Notes: generated by a model not told the origin, from the letters alone. DNA of 61,911 nucleotides from Faecousia sp. (GCA_045585915.1 JAZMZJ010000086.1:1-61911), one strand, 5' to 3'; counted from the stretch's first letter, positions 20,601 through 29,287 are shown. Translations and numbers: made by a program.

Positions 20601-22633
20601 CTGATTACGCATTCCAGAATTGTACTTCCCTTAAGGAAATTAGTGGCGGTAACATAACCAGGATCGGTTCTTACGCTTTTGCAGGATGTGTCAATGTTGA
20701 GGATATTGGTGTCCGCAGCAGTGTCGAACATCTCGGCGAGAAGGCATTTGACGGAGTACAGAGGATCATTGTAAATGCAGCAGATAAGAATGTGCTGAAA
20801 GCTGCAGTTGAGTCTGGAGCTGAGCAGATCATTGTATCTTTGGAATACCTGAAGAACGGTGAGCAGGAGCTCAATGGCGTAGAACTGACTGTTCCTAGCG
20901 GAACAAAGTTCTTCGAACTGAATGGTAACTATAAGACCTATGAGGACTTTACACTGAATTCTGAAGCAGATATTACGATTCTCAATAAGATCAATTTTGC
21001 TGGCAAGACCCAAATTCCTTTGAAGATCAGCTCTGAAGATGTTGTCCTCAACCAGTGCACTATCACAGCATCCGGCATTGCATTGGTGCTCAGCGCTGAT
21101 GTTACTCACCTGGGCCTACAGAGCGATGTCACTGTCCAGTCTTCCAATGAGAATACAATGCTGGTCAAGGGTCTCAGCCTGTATGAGATCAATAAGAATG
21201 TTGTCGGTAGACTGATCGTAAAGGATAAGCTGTTACAGTGCGGCACAACAGAGGGCAGCAGCCATCTGTCTTATACGGAATATCAGGAAATCAATCTGGG
21301 TACATTTGAAAATTTACTGGATTCCTTTACGCTGTATTTCGATGCAAATTGCGGTAGTTGCAGTGAGGAATCAAGAAGTGTTCCCAACAGCACGAAACTG
21401 GGAGCACTGCCTGTTGCTACTCGGGAGCACTACATCTTTGGCGGTTGGTTCCTTGCAGATGGGACAGAGGTGACGGAGGACTCCGTGTTCTCTACTGGAG
21501 CAGATGTTTACGTTTACGCAAAATGGACAACTGTGCCATATACTGCATCTTGGAACACCGGTACTGGTTACACCATCACGGTTAAGCGCACCAGCTCTCC
21601 CAACGCAAATGCAACCATTGGCAATCTAAAGAGTGGTGACACTGTCTATTATGGTGATGTACTTTCTATCACCTATACGGCAAGCACTGGCTATAGCTTG
21701 GGCAACAAGGGAAAGACCTCTATCACAGTTACTGGTAACGTTACATCCTCTGATATCTATACTTCCGCAACGGTCAATAGCTATAAGGTCAGTTGGAACA
21801 CCGGCACCGGTTATACCATCGCTGTTAAGAGAACATCCTCTCCCTTGAAGGGGGCATCTACTGGAGCATTGAATAATGGTGCAACTATCTACTATGGTGA
21901 TGTGCTATCTGTCACCTATACAGCAAGTACAGGCTATAGCTTGGGGAGCAAGGGAAGTACTTCCATCACCGTTACTGGTAATGTTACCAAAGATCATATT
22001 TACACAAGTGCAAGTCTGAACAGTTATACATACAATATCGTGTATAAGTCTAGCAATGGTACAGCACTTGGCAGCACAACAGCAACCTATAAGTATGGTA
22101 CGACGAATACCATTTCTGCTCCTGCAAAGTCCGGTTATACTACGCCTAGTAGTCAGAGCGTGAAGTGGGATTCTACCAGTGCCAAAACAATCACCTTCAC
22201 ATATGCGCCTATTCCCGCAACAAACTCGACTAAGAGTGGTTCTCTGTGTAGTAGTCCTGTTGTAACGTACTCCGCGAAAATTGAATACCAAAACCGCACA
22301 GCCACAAGTGTGCAGGTCCGTGTTGTTTGGACTTCTACAATTGCAGCATACAACTACAACTCGTATGGACAGAAATATACTGCAACAATAGGTTCAACAT
22401 CCAAAACGGCGACTATTAATTCTTATGGCACATGGAAGGATTCTTCTTCCTCCGCAAGAAGTTCTACAGGAACAACAGATTGGATTACGGTTTCTTTGAG
22501 TACGACAAATGCGACAACTGTAAGCTTGGGAATTAACTATTGGCAGGTTAATTCTAACGGAACAAATATGACGCAGCATTATGGAGCGTATGGATATTCA
22601 ACCACGTGGACAGTAAATATTCCTGCGTACTAA
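17630..22633 (+). CDS. large secreted multidomain protein: cohesin, dockerin, Cys repeats, InlB B-repeats, Ser/Thr-rich domain, BspA-type LRR, MucBP-like domain
   Basis: Signal peptide; cohesin NNPGILG; twin dockerin loops GDVTDDDRINTLDL / ADVNDDGRMNTLDL; TCTEDGN.AYWYC repeats; ITEIPDYAFQNCTSL; two ~80-aa SWNTGTGYTI repeats. Confidence 0.85.
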   Translation: MSKRIIAFTLMLALVLSCMPVMVFAQSNTSAVLTVDDVYATPGSSVTVDIELENNPGILGATLSVSWDDGLTLTGHESGEVFSELSYQGPSRLVSGCNFIWYGDAVSNIIDGTILTLTFNVTEAASDAEIFDIEVTYDSADILDQSYNPVELTVNNGSVRIVTYKPGDVTDDDRINTLDLIKLSQYISDGKKTDPDGFNVTINESAADVNDDGRMNTLDLIWISQYISDGCKTDPEGYNITLKPSTPKCAHSMQAIAAKAATCTEDGNDAYWYCTKCEKYFSTEAGTAEINLEDTVIEASHSLTAVEEKNPSYTEDGNIAYWYCSACEKYFTDAEASEEITYEQTVIPKLQATEHLVEYDVANGDPYLQKLVDNGTLKNLNPSSYAEGIGLTLTNLSVAGYRFLGWYDLAENGTLVKKIDATATETYQLYAYWSKIEYTVQYKSSLFVDRAQDTYTVDTGLVLPTPKLSNYSFVGWSDESGKLLKGTAIPVGTTGNLILDGNWTSERNKTWTKPVLDAPIIETDEENGVILFAYEIGEIQNVPLYTIKDFGYIAGEGITKTESTTYRVTITEEMMKAYAKSVAKATTESSNWTLASTWNETTSVNEEWCQENGKNVEEVNEIAKSDSQNWNISNSKSGSTETVSTTTNQDGWKNEVKVNSSSSSTDTESSTDKTTKDQAWNVDAKLTYTPKSYSFGIDVFEVGGANASVSGGWGGEIGGGYEHNWGEEHVDTEEHSDTTSSGMEMGGSHDKSTLTTNGTTSTSSWNNTTSYGGSSTNSSTHTNSTALSEKISQAYGYGSSYATGGEAGSSQGLSSSQSDSESYSSSVTYGTETSEEVTSQWTTQSTKAGYHRWVVAGTAHVFAVVGYDMTKNSYFVYTYSVMDDETHEFEDYSYTSADYNDQENGVISFEIPFEVAEYVQEKTSYSDGLKVNQVTGIIEEYTGDDTCVVIPEYWNVGNGDVVKVTGIAKDAFAGNENICAVVLSDFITEIPDYAFQNCTSLKEISGGNITRIGSYAFAGCVNVEDIGVRSSVEHLGEKAFDGVQRIIVNAADKNVLKAAVESGAEQIIVSLEYLKNGEQELNGVELTVPSGTKFFELNGNYKTYEDFTLNSEADITILNKINFAGKTQIPLKISSEDVVLNQCTITASGIALVLSADVTHLGLQSDVTVQSSNENTMLVKGLSLYEINKNVVGRLIVKDKLLQCGTTEGSSHLSYTEYQEINLGTFENLLDSFTLYFDANCGSCSEESRSVPNSTKLGALPVATREHYIFGGWFLADGTEVTEDSVFSTGADVYVYAKWTTVPYTASWNTGTGYTITVKRTSSPNANATIGNLKSGDTVYYGDVLSITYTASTGYSLGNKGKTSITVTGNVTSSDIYTSATVNSYKVSWNTGTGYTIAVKRTSSPLKGASTGALNNGATIYYGDVLSVTYTASTGYSLGSKGSTSITVTGNVTKDHIYTSASLNSYTYNIVYKSSNGTALGSTTATYKYGTTNTISAPAKSGYTTPSSQSVKWDSTSAKTITFTYAPIPATNSTKSGSLCSSPVVTYSAKIEYQNRTATSVQVRVVWTSTIAAYNYNSYGQKYTATIGSTSKTATINSYGTWKDSSSSARSSTGTTDWITVSLSTTNATTVSLGINYWQVNSNGTNMTQHYGAYGYSTTWTVNIPAY

Positions 22634-22752
22634 GATGAACATGGAAAACAGAAATCTAGCGAAATTGTAGAACGAGAGTTTATCAGCACAGAAACCTATG
22701 CGGCTTGCCGCATAGGTTTCTGCATATAACAAAGATACAAACGGGGGATAAT

Positions 22753-23445
22753 ATGAGTCGAAAGAAAGTCCTGTTTTTGATAATTACGGCAATTGTGCTA
22801 ATTGTGGCAATCGTGGTAGCGATATTCCTTCTGCGCATGCAGAAAACGGAATCGTATACAGTAACATTTCAAGATTTCGATGGGACTGTGCTGAAAATCG
22901 AATCTGTAGAAGAAGGTAAGACAGCAACGCCCCCAGATAATCCGCAACGAGAGGGATATACCTTTGTTGGTTGGAATAGGGACTTTTCTTCTATTGTTAA
23001 AGATACAGTTATAACCGCTGAGTACCTTCGGATCACAGACACAGCTTTTGAAGTAGATACTGTGACAGTTGCAGATGATAGCCAAAAAGTAGAAGTAAAA
23101 GTATCTGTTACCAACAACCCCGGTATTTTAGGCATGGTGTTCTCAGTAAAATATGATGAGGAAACGCTCAAATTGATTGATTGTCAAAACGGAGTGGCAC
23201 TTTCCGCATTGGCATTTCAGGAGCCGAGCAGATTGGTTAGTGGTTGTAATTTTGTTTGGTACGGCAGTGAAACTGGTGAAGTGATGGACGGTGAAATGTT
23301 GATCCTTACCTTTGAAATTGCAGAGGGTGCAGAACCTGGTACATATCCGATTTCTATCTCATGGAATGATAATGCGATCTATGACAGCAACTCCGATATG
23401 GTAGATCCAGATGTAACACAGGGAGCAATCATTTTAGAAAAGTAA
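22753..23445 (+). CDS. membrane-anchored InlB B-repeat + cohesin protein
   Basis: MSRKKVLFLIITAIVLIVAIVVAIFLL anchor; YTVTFQDFDG...GYTFVGWN; cohesin NNPGILG...PSRLVSGCNFVWYG. Confidence 0.85.
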   Translation: MSRKKVLFLIITAIVLIVAIVVAIFLLRMQKTESYTVTFQDFDGTVLKIESVEEGKTATPPDNPQREGYTFVGWNRDFSSIVKDTVITAEYLRITDTAFEVDTVTVADDSQKVEVKVSVTNNPGILGMVFSVKYDEETLKLIDCQNGVALSALAFQEPSRLVSGCNFVWYGSETGEVMDGEMLILTFEIAEGAEPGTYPISISWNDNAIYDSNSDMVDPDVTQGAIILEK

Positions 23446-23462
23446 AAATGAAGTCTCAAAAG

Positions 23463-23502
23463 CAGTGCTGATAGAACAATCTATTAGCACTGTTTTTATT
23501 TT
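23463..23502 (+). terminator. intrinsic terminator ending the surface operon
   Basis: CAGTGCTGATAG-AACAAT-CTATTAGCACTG followed by T tract. Confidence 0.8.
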
Positions 23503-23560
23503 GACTGGTTAACAGAGTAACTTTATCGGCATAAAACACATTCGCACGCGAGAGAAACGG

Positions 23561-23589
23561 TTGATATTTTGCCGGTAATGTGGTATAAT
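23561..23589 (+). promoter_or_regulatory. sigma-A promoter for the fic gene
   Basis: TTGATA-17 nt-TATAAT. Confidence 0.75.
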
Positions 23590-23619
23590 ACAGGCAGAAA
23601 AACTTGCCGGGAGGTAACT

Positions 23620-24507
23620 ATGGAATACGTATCTGTTGCGAAAATGGCTGAAAAATGGGGACTTTCTGAACGAAGTGTGCGAAATTACTGTGCACAAGGC
23701 AGGATTGCCGATGCGAAGCTTATCGGCAAAACTTGGTACATTCCCGAAAATGCCGAGAAGCCGGATCGCGTCAACAAAAAGAAAGATACCCCCTCTTTCC
23801 TGCAGATCCTACGAGAGCAGAAGGCAGCTAAGATGACCGGCGGTATCTATCATAAGATTCAGATCGACCTGACCTATAACTCTAACCATATTGAGGGTAG
23901 CCGCCTTACCCACGATCAGACCCGGTATATCTTTGAGACCAATACCATCGGTTTTGAAAATGAGTCTGTGAATGTGGACGATGTGATCGAAACTTCTAAC
24001 CACTTCCGCTGCATCGATATGGTGATCGATCAAGCTGGATCTGCGCTAACAGAGAAGTTCATCAAAGAACTGCACTTTGTACTGAAGACCGGCACCAGTG
24101 ATAGCCGCAAGGATTGGTTCAAGGTGGGTGAGTATAAGAAGCTGCCAAATGAGGTGGGTGGTAATGACACCACACTCCCCGAAAATGTTTCCGGTGAGAT
24201 CCGCAAACTGCTGGCAGACTATAATGCGCTGCCTTCCAAGACCTTTGAGGACATCGTAGCCTTCCATGTGGCTTTTGAACGCATCCACCCCTTCCAGGAC
24301 GGAAATAGCCGTGTGGGCCGTCTGATCCTCTTTAAGGAATGTCTGAAGAACAATGTTGTCCCCTTCATTATCGAGGACAATCTGAAGCTGTTCTACTACC
24401 GGGGCCTTAAAGAGTGGGACTACGAAAAAGGCTTCCTTATGGATACCTGCCTCACCGCCCAAGACCGCTTTAAAGCTTATTTGGATTATTTTCGCATAAT
24501 GTATTGA
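23620..24507 (+). CDS. Fic-domain protein with N-terminal HTH
   Basis: GGAGG RBS; AEKWGLSERSVRNYC HTH; SNHIEG; HPFQDGNSRVGR. Confidence 0.92.
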   Translation: MEYVSVAKMAEKWGLSERSVRNYCAQGRIADAKLIGKTWYIPENAEKPDRVNKKKDTPSFLQILREQKAAKMTGGIYHKIQIDLTYNSNHIEGSRLTHDQTRYIFETNTIGFENESVNVDDVIETSNHFRCIDMVIDQAGSALTEKFIKELHFVLKTGTSDSRKDWFKVGEYKKLPNEVGGNDTTLPENVSGEIRKLLADYNALPSKTFEDIVAFHVAFERIHPFQDGNSRVGRLILFKECLKNNVVPFIIEDNLKLFYYRGLKEWDYEKGFLMDTCLTAQDRFKAYLDYFRIMY

Positions 24508-24585
24508 TTTTAGTTTTAACAAAAGAAAAAACCAAAAAGAACAAACGGAAGATAGCACCGCTCTAACAGAAAAAGGAGAGTATGT

Positions 24586-25860
24586 ATGATTGTATATTTA
24601 GATACAACTGTCTATATTGGCGCTAAGTATATTTTTGATCGTGAAAAATTCGCCACATTGCAGACGAGAATTAGGGAAGGCAAAATAACCGTTTTGTATA
24701 CAAGTGCAACAATAGGTGAAGTGTTTAAAAATCTAAAAGAAACTATTGAGGCTGGTGTGTTGTCATACAATCGTCTTCTTAGAAATGACTTATCTTGCCT
24801 GTGTGGTGGCGAAAAAGAAGGTCTGCGCAGTTTAGTTTCCGAGGAGGCAATTGCACAAGTAAAGGACAAACTTGATGCTTTTCTAGGTCTAGATGGGGTG
24901 AAAAATATATCTCTAAATCCTTTGGATGCAGAACAGTTAATGGAAGATTATTTCGGTAGTGTTGCTCCATTCGAAAAGAAAAAGCCGTACGAGTTTAAGG
25001 ACGCAATTATGGTGAACGCGATAAAACAGTACCAAAAAGAGTGCGGTGAAGAGATATGCATTGTCTCGTCCGATAGCGGTTTTAGATCTGCTTTTTCTGG
25101 CAACAGCAACTTCAAAACGTTTGAATTCCTTGGGCAATTCTTTAAGCACTATCAGCACAAACAGGAAGAACTGGCAGCGTTAGAAGTCATAATTTCCGAA
25201 GCTATTGAACGAGGAGATTACGACGAAATCTTTAAAGATTATTGTTCTGATTTAGATGTTGATAGAGGTACATATTCAGAATGGGAATGCGAGGATAAAT
25301 CCATTGATGAGATTCACTGTTCATTATCCTATATTGAGGAAAGTGCAGGGAGCATTTATGCTACGGTTGATATTGAATTATCTTTGACCGCTGATATTAA
25401 CTATCGCGATGAAGATAATTCTTATTATGACCACGAGGATGGTCAATATTTAATTGAAAACTTTATTACTGCAATTGAAAAACACAGTGTATTATTAGAC
25501 GTAAGAATTGAGTGCTTGTTTATAAAAGACGACGAAGGCAATCAATCACTAGAGGATGTTAAAATAGTTCCGGCAAAGCATCTTATGACATTAGATATTG
25601 ACGATGATACTATGTTCGATTACGAAGAGGTATCAAACACCTTTGAGGAATCCGAGGATGTTGAATACTGCAGCGAGTGCAAAAAAATAATTGGTCGCTA
25701 TACAGATGTTATGTATTTTGATTACCAAGGAAATTCTCTTTGCAATGACTGTGCCGTTTCCAATAGTGCCGGTGAAATTTGTCCCACATGTGGTCGGAAG
25801 TTTCCTTCAGAGTTAATGGTATCAGGATTTTGCTGTAACTGCGCATCTGCAGAAGAATAA
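24586..25860 (+). CDS. PIN-like (DUF4935-type) domain protein with acidic middle region and C-terminal Cys clusters
   Basis: IVYLDTT, PFEKKK..EFKDAI, IVSSDSGF; C-terminal CSEC, CNDC, CPTC, CCNC. Confidence 0.75.
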   Translation: MIVYLDTTVYIGAKYIFDREKFATLQTRIREGKITVLYTSATIGEVFKNLKETIEAGVLSYNRLLRNDLSCLCGGEKEGLRSLVSEEAIAQVKDKLDAFLGLDGVKNISLNPLDAEQLMEDYFGSVAPFEKKKPYEFKDAIMVNAIKQYQKECGEEICIVSSDSGFRSAFSGNSNFKTFEFLGQFFKHYQHKQEELAALEVIISEAIERGDYDEIFKDYCSDLDVDRGTYSEWECEDKSIDEIHCSLSYIEESAGSIYATVDIELSLTADINYRDEDNSYYDHEDGQYLIENFITAIEKHSVLLDVRIECLFIKDDEGNQSLEDVKIVPAKHLMTLDIDDDTMFDYEEVSNTFEESEDVEYCSECKKIIGRYTDVMYFDYQGNSLCNDCAVSNSAGEICPTCGRKFPSELMVSGFCCNCASAEE

Positions 25861-25874
25861 TCTAATTCCTAAAT

Positions 25875-25906
25875 AAAATGCCGCCAGTTAATTCTGGCGG
25901 CATTTT
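25875..25906. terminator. bidirectional terminator
   Basis: AAAATGCCGCCAG-TTAATT-CTGGCGGCATTTT between convergent genes. Confidence 0.88.
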
Positions 25907-25920
25907 GAGGTTTTGATGAA

Positions 25921-26670
25921 TTACGTTTCTGTACCGTCCTTTATGTGATAAGCTATTGCATTTCTCTCACAATATTCTCGTACTTCAGCGGCACAGTTAT
26001 TAAAGAATTCCTTATGTGTTTTATATTCGGATACAACTTTATTATAGTGCAAACGACCAAAAATAATCTTATCCACAAATCTTACACTTTCCAATATCTC
26101 ATGCAAATTTTGTTCAATAATATTCGGAGTAGGATAGGGTTCGATACTTACCCAGGTTTTGCATCCACGCGCGCTAAGTTGCCGCAATGCTGCAATTCGC
26201 TCTTGAATTGGAGCAGCCCCTGGCTCGTAGTGATTAATAAAATCCTGATCCAAAGAAACAACTGTTATACCATATTCGTTATCCATAGGCAAATCTGCAA
26301 GTTCTGCAGGAAGAATACCCTTAGTTAGTACTGAACACCTAATTTCTGCGGCATTTGCTTTTTTTAATATATCTATGCTCAGGTCACAAATATCCTTGCG
26401 TCCATACATAAAAGGGTCTGTAGTAAAACAGAGATGCAGAATTTTGATTTTGTCTTTAAATTTAGGGATCTCCTTATCTAAGATGTCCATTGCGTTTTCC
26501 GCAATTTCGGGGGTAATCCATTCCTCATAGGTCTTAACTTTTCCAAACCGTTTGGCTAACATATAAGCGTAGCACGGATATCGGCATCCGTGGGAGCATC
26601 CTTGAATGTGATTTAATGTGTAATCACCGTACTCTACGCCTGTTTTATATATCAATGATTTTCGTTCCAT
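25921..26670 (-). CDS. radical SAM protein (SPL/DUF5131-like)
   Basis: GCSHGCRYPCYA three-Cys motif; TDPF; TWVSIEP. Confidence 0.85.
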   Translation of the reverse strand: MERKSLIYKTGVEYGDYTLNHIQGCSHGCRYPCYAYMLAKRFGKVKTYEEWITPEIAENAMDILDKEIPKFKDKIKILHLCFTTDPFMYGRKDICDLSIDILKKANAAEIRCSVLTKGILPAELADLPMDNEYGITVVSLDQDFINHYEPGAAPIQERIAALRQLSARGCKTWVSIEPYPTPNIIEQNLHEILESVRFVDKIIFGRLHYNKVVSEYKTHKEFFNNCAAEVREYCERNAIAYHIKDGTET

Positions 26671-26681
26671 TTAAATTCACC

Positions 26682-27536
26682 TTATTCGGGTTTCGTTTCT
26701 TTAAGGATATAATTTGCGACTTTTAAAGCCAAGCCAATTGCTTTCGGGCTTTTATTCGAAACGGCAAAACAGAACAGGAAAAGCGGACTACTATTCCGAT
26801 TCAATAGCACTCTAGAGTTCGTCGATACTTTTGCAAAAATAGTGCCTAGCCGTTTTTCAATATAGGACTTCAGCGATTCAGTATTTGCATTACGGATCAT
26901 TTCTGTTGTTCCAAAAATGTTCAGCTGCATATCTTCTTCATAGAATTCAGATTCCCAACTGTTGTCGCCGAAGATATCGTTCAACTTATTTTTCCATGTT
27001 TGATCAATCTCACCGGTCTTCTTCATCAACCTATTGGCAGCATTAAAGGGGAACAGATACCAAACATCTATTGCTTCTGTGGCTGCCACAGTTCTAAGTG
27101 TCTCCCACTGTACGTCTGCAGCGTACGGATCCAGAAAAAGAATTGCGCGAGTTTTTCGCCAATTGATCTTTGCACAAATCTCTGCAAGTGCCGTGTTGCA
27201 ATCGACCCCTCCCAGTATCTTTACTTTGTGTTTTTTCTCGGGGAATTCAGTTGCAACCATGTCTTCCAGTTCTTTTGCAAACGATTTTTTCTTTTCGATA
27301 AAAATATACTCTGCAAAGTTGCCGTTTGCTTGCAGAGCGAGCCGTGCGGAGCCATCGATGATTTCGTAATCATCCTCATCACCAATTTTAATTCTGCCGG
27401 TTCCCGCAAACGCGTCGATATAGACTAATTGGAATGGTTGTTCCTTTAGCGCAGTGGTATAGAACTCTAAATACTGCGAGAGAATATTTAGCTTTTCGAC
27501 AGTCCAGGGTCCACCAAACTTCTGCTTTGTAGCCAT
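26682..27536 (-). CDS. three-Cys-motif partner protein (TcmP-like SAM-dependent methyltransferase fold)
   Basis: GPWTVEKLNIL, YIDAFAGTG, DGSA, FLDPY; adjacent to the radical SAM gene. Confidence 0.85.
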   Translation of the reverse strand: MATKQKFGGPWTVEKLNILSQYLEFYTTALKEQPFQLVYIDAFAGTGRIKIGDEDDYEIIDGSARLALQANGNFAEYIFIEKKKSFAKELEDMVATEFPEKKHKVKILGGVDCNTALAEICAKINWRKTRAILFLDPYAADVQWETLRTVAATEAIDVWYLFPFNAANRLMKKTGEIDQTWKNKLNDIFGDNSWESEFYEEDMQLNIFGTTEMIRNANTESLKSYIEKRLGTIFAKVSTNSRVLLNRNSSPLFLFCFAVSNKSPKAIGLALKVANYILKETKPE

Positions 27537-27829
27537 AAGTAACCTCCATTCGTTAGTGGGGCAGGGGCATCTTAACTGAGATGCTCTTATATGTAATGCA
27601 TAATTATTATACCATAGATACCAGATTAAAGCAATTATCTATTAAAACAATACATTTTGTCCGTGTACCTGCTAGGCGGCATTTTAAAAGTTTTCCCTTA
27701 TTTTTCCCCTTATTGGGGTGGTAATAGGTGGTTAACCATGATGTTTAGTGGGGTATAAATGTTCGGAAAATCCATAGAAATGGTGATAAATGGTTAACAA
27801 AAGTTGAGCAAATGCCAAATCTATGGCAA

Positions 27830-27852
27830 TTCAAGTCCTTGTGCCCCTGCCA
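27830..27852 (+). repeat. att-like copy of the tRNA-Trp 3' 23 bp
   Basis: TTCAAGTCCTTGTGCCCCTGCCA is the exact reverse complement of 12341-12363; a near copy in the opposite orientation lies at 27885-27907. Confidence 0.9.
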
Positions 27853-28250
27853 AAAAAGACCACACCATTCGGTGTGGTCTTTTTTGGCAGGGGCACTAGG
27901 ACTTGAAAGGCCGGCACCAGTGCGCACACTGGTGCAAAAATTGAGAGCTGGCGAGCAATTTTTAGGCCGTGGGAAAGTCCATTGACAACTGACGGCAATC
28001 CGTAGGATTGTTGGCAGTTGTCAATTTGGGTCGTAGTAGCCTTTCGTTAAAGCGGTTACAACTACCATCCAGCTGGTGGCAGAGCCAAGGGCAAGCGCAG
28101 CGGATGCCGGGCACCGCAAACGGGCGATGAAAATCGAGGGAAAGCGTATGCCCGAAGATTTTATCGGGCACCGCAACAGGATGGCACCAGTGGGCACACT
28201 GGTACAAAAATTGCGAACCGATGCGCGATTTATTTCGTAAATCTAACAAA
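27853..28250. repeat. terminator hairpin and REP-like repeats
   Basis: AAAAAAGACCACACC-ATTC-GGTGTGGTCTTTTTT; GCACCAGTG(C/G)GCACACTGGT(G/A)CAAAAATTG occurs twice (~27915 and ~28184). Confidence 0.6.
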
Positions 28251-28348
28251 TGGTCGGCAGCGCCGTAAACAGCGTTAGTATATTTTCTTGCAGAGTGTTG
28301 GAATGTGTGCTATAATTTCATTAGCTTCTGTTTTAAGGAGGAAACAAA

Positions 28349-29014
28349 ATGAAAAAGCTTTTATCGGCAGTTCTTGCCGTGGCATTGACCCTTGGTTTAT
28401 GCGCTTGCGGCAGCATTACGCCCTGCGAAGAACACACCTGGGGTCAGTGGAAAACGGTGGTGGAGGCCACGGACTATACCCCCGGTCAGATTGAGCGCAA
28501 CTGTGAAAAGTGCGGTATGCACGAAGCGGAGTATAACTACTCCCGGATGTTTTTCCACTATGCAGATATTTTGCTGTGTATGCCCTTTTTTACGGATGCG
28601 CAGATGTTGCAGCAGAACCTGGACAGCGTGATTAACGCTGCATTTTTCACAAACGGTGTGCCTGTGCAGACGCAGCAGGTGGAATATTACTATCAGCATA
28701 CCATCAAGGTCAGCGACCTGGATGCCTTTACAACCAAGGTTTTTGGCTGCACCTATGATTATACCGACGTTGTGAATATGGATGTGCTTTACGAAAGCAT
28801 TGCCAACTACGATGCCGCCCGGGATGCGATTTTGATTCAGGCCTTCGGCGCAGGGGATGAGACCCCCCAGGTGGTGGATGTCACTTATGAGGAGCTGGCT
28901 GGCGTGTTTATGGTAACTGCCACCTATTCCTTCTATGCCTTCAATGAGCGGACCAATGAGAAGACATTCTGCGTAGTGAAAAGCGGCGATAATTACGTTA
29001 TTTCTACCTATTAA
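28349..29014 (+). CDS. hypothetical lipoprotein
   Basis: AGGAGG RBS; lipobox LCAC; CEEHTWGQW...CEKC repeat. Confidence 0.8.
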   Translation: MKKLLSAVLAVALTLGLCACGSITPCEEHTWGQWKTVVEATDYTPGQIERNCEKCGMHEAEYNYSRMFFHYADILLCMPFFTDAQMLQQNLDSVINAAFFTNGVPVQTQQVEYYYQHTIKVSDLDAFTTKVFGCTYDYTDVVNMDVLYESIANYDAARDAILIQAFGAGDETPQVVDVTYEELAGVFMVTATYSFYAFNERTNEKTFCVVKSGDNYVISTY

Positions 29015-29053
29015 AAATCACCCTACCTGGTTTTGGTAAAAAGAGAGGTAGCT

Positions 29054-29278
29054 ATGGCTGAATATGAAATGGTGCGGGAGATTCCCAACCTGTGCCCCAA
29101 CAATCAAATGCGGGATGTGTTCATCGAAGAAATCAGCACCGATGACCCGGTGACCTGGGTGGAAAATTTTCTGAAAGGGAATAAGACGGTTACTGCTGAT
29201 TATAAGGCTGATGGCTCGGTGACCGTGTATGCCGTGGCGGACGGATTAACACAAAAGTTTATTTTTACCCCGATTTAA
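29054..29278 (+). CDS. small hypothetical protein
   Basis: GAGG RBS; 74 aa; followed by terminator. Confidence 0.75.
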   Translation: MAEYEMVREIPNLCPNNQMRDVFIEEISTDDPVTWVENFLKGNKTVTADYKADGSVTVYAVADGLTQKFIFTPI

Positions 29279-29287
29279 GGAAATGGC

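Larger units (their letters stand above)
12600..27852. mobile_element. genomic island / integrative element remnant beside tRNA-Trp
   Basis: Accessory cargo (recombinase, surface operon, Fic, PIN, TcmP/rSAM); visibly AT-richer right part; right end at a 23-bp tRNA-Trp 3' fragment; left boundary approximate. Confidence 0.7.

Noticed and set aside
21538-22020. Tandem ~240-bp duplication as a DGR template/variable repeat pair
   Set aside because: Both copies are in-frame protein domains, differences are not adenine-specific, and no reverse transcriptase is present
13839-23445. Cellulosome scaffoldin cluster
   Set aside because: One cohesin per protein, and no recognisable GH or CBM3 modules in or near the operon
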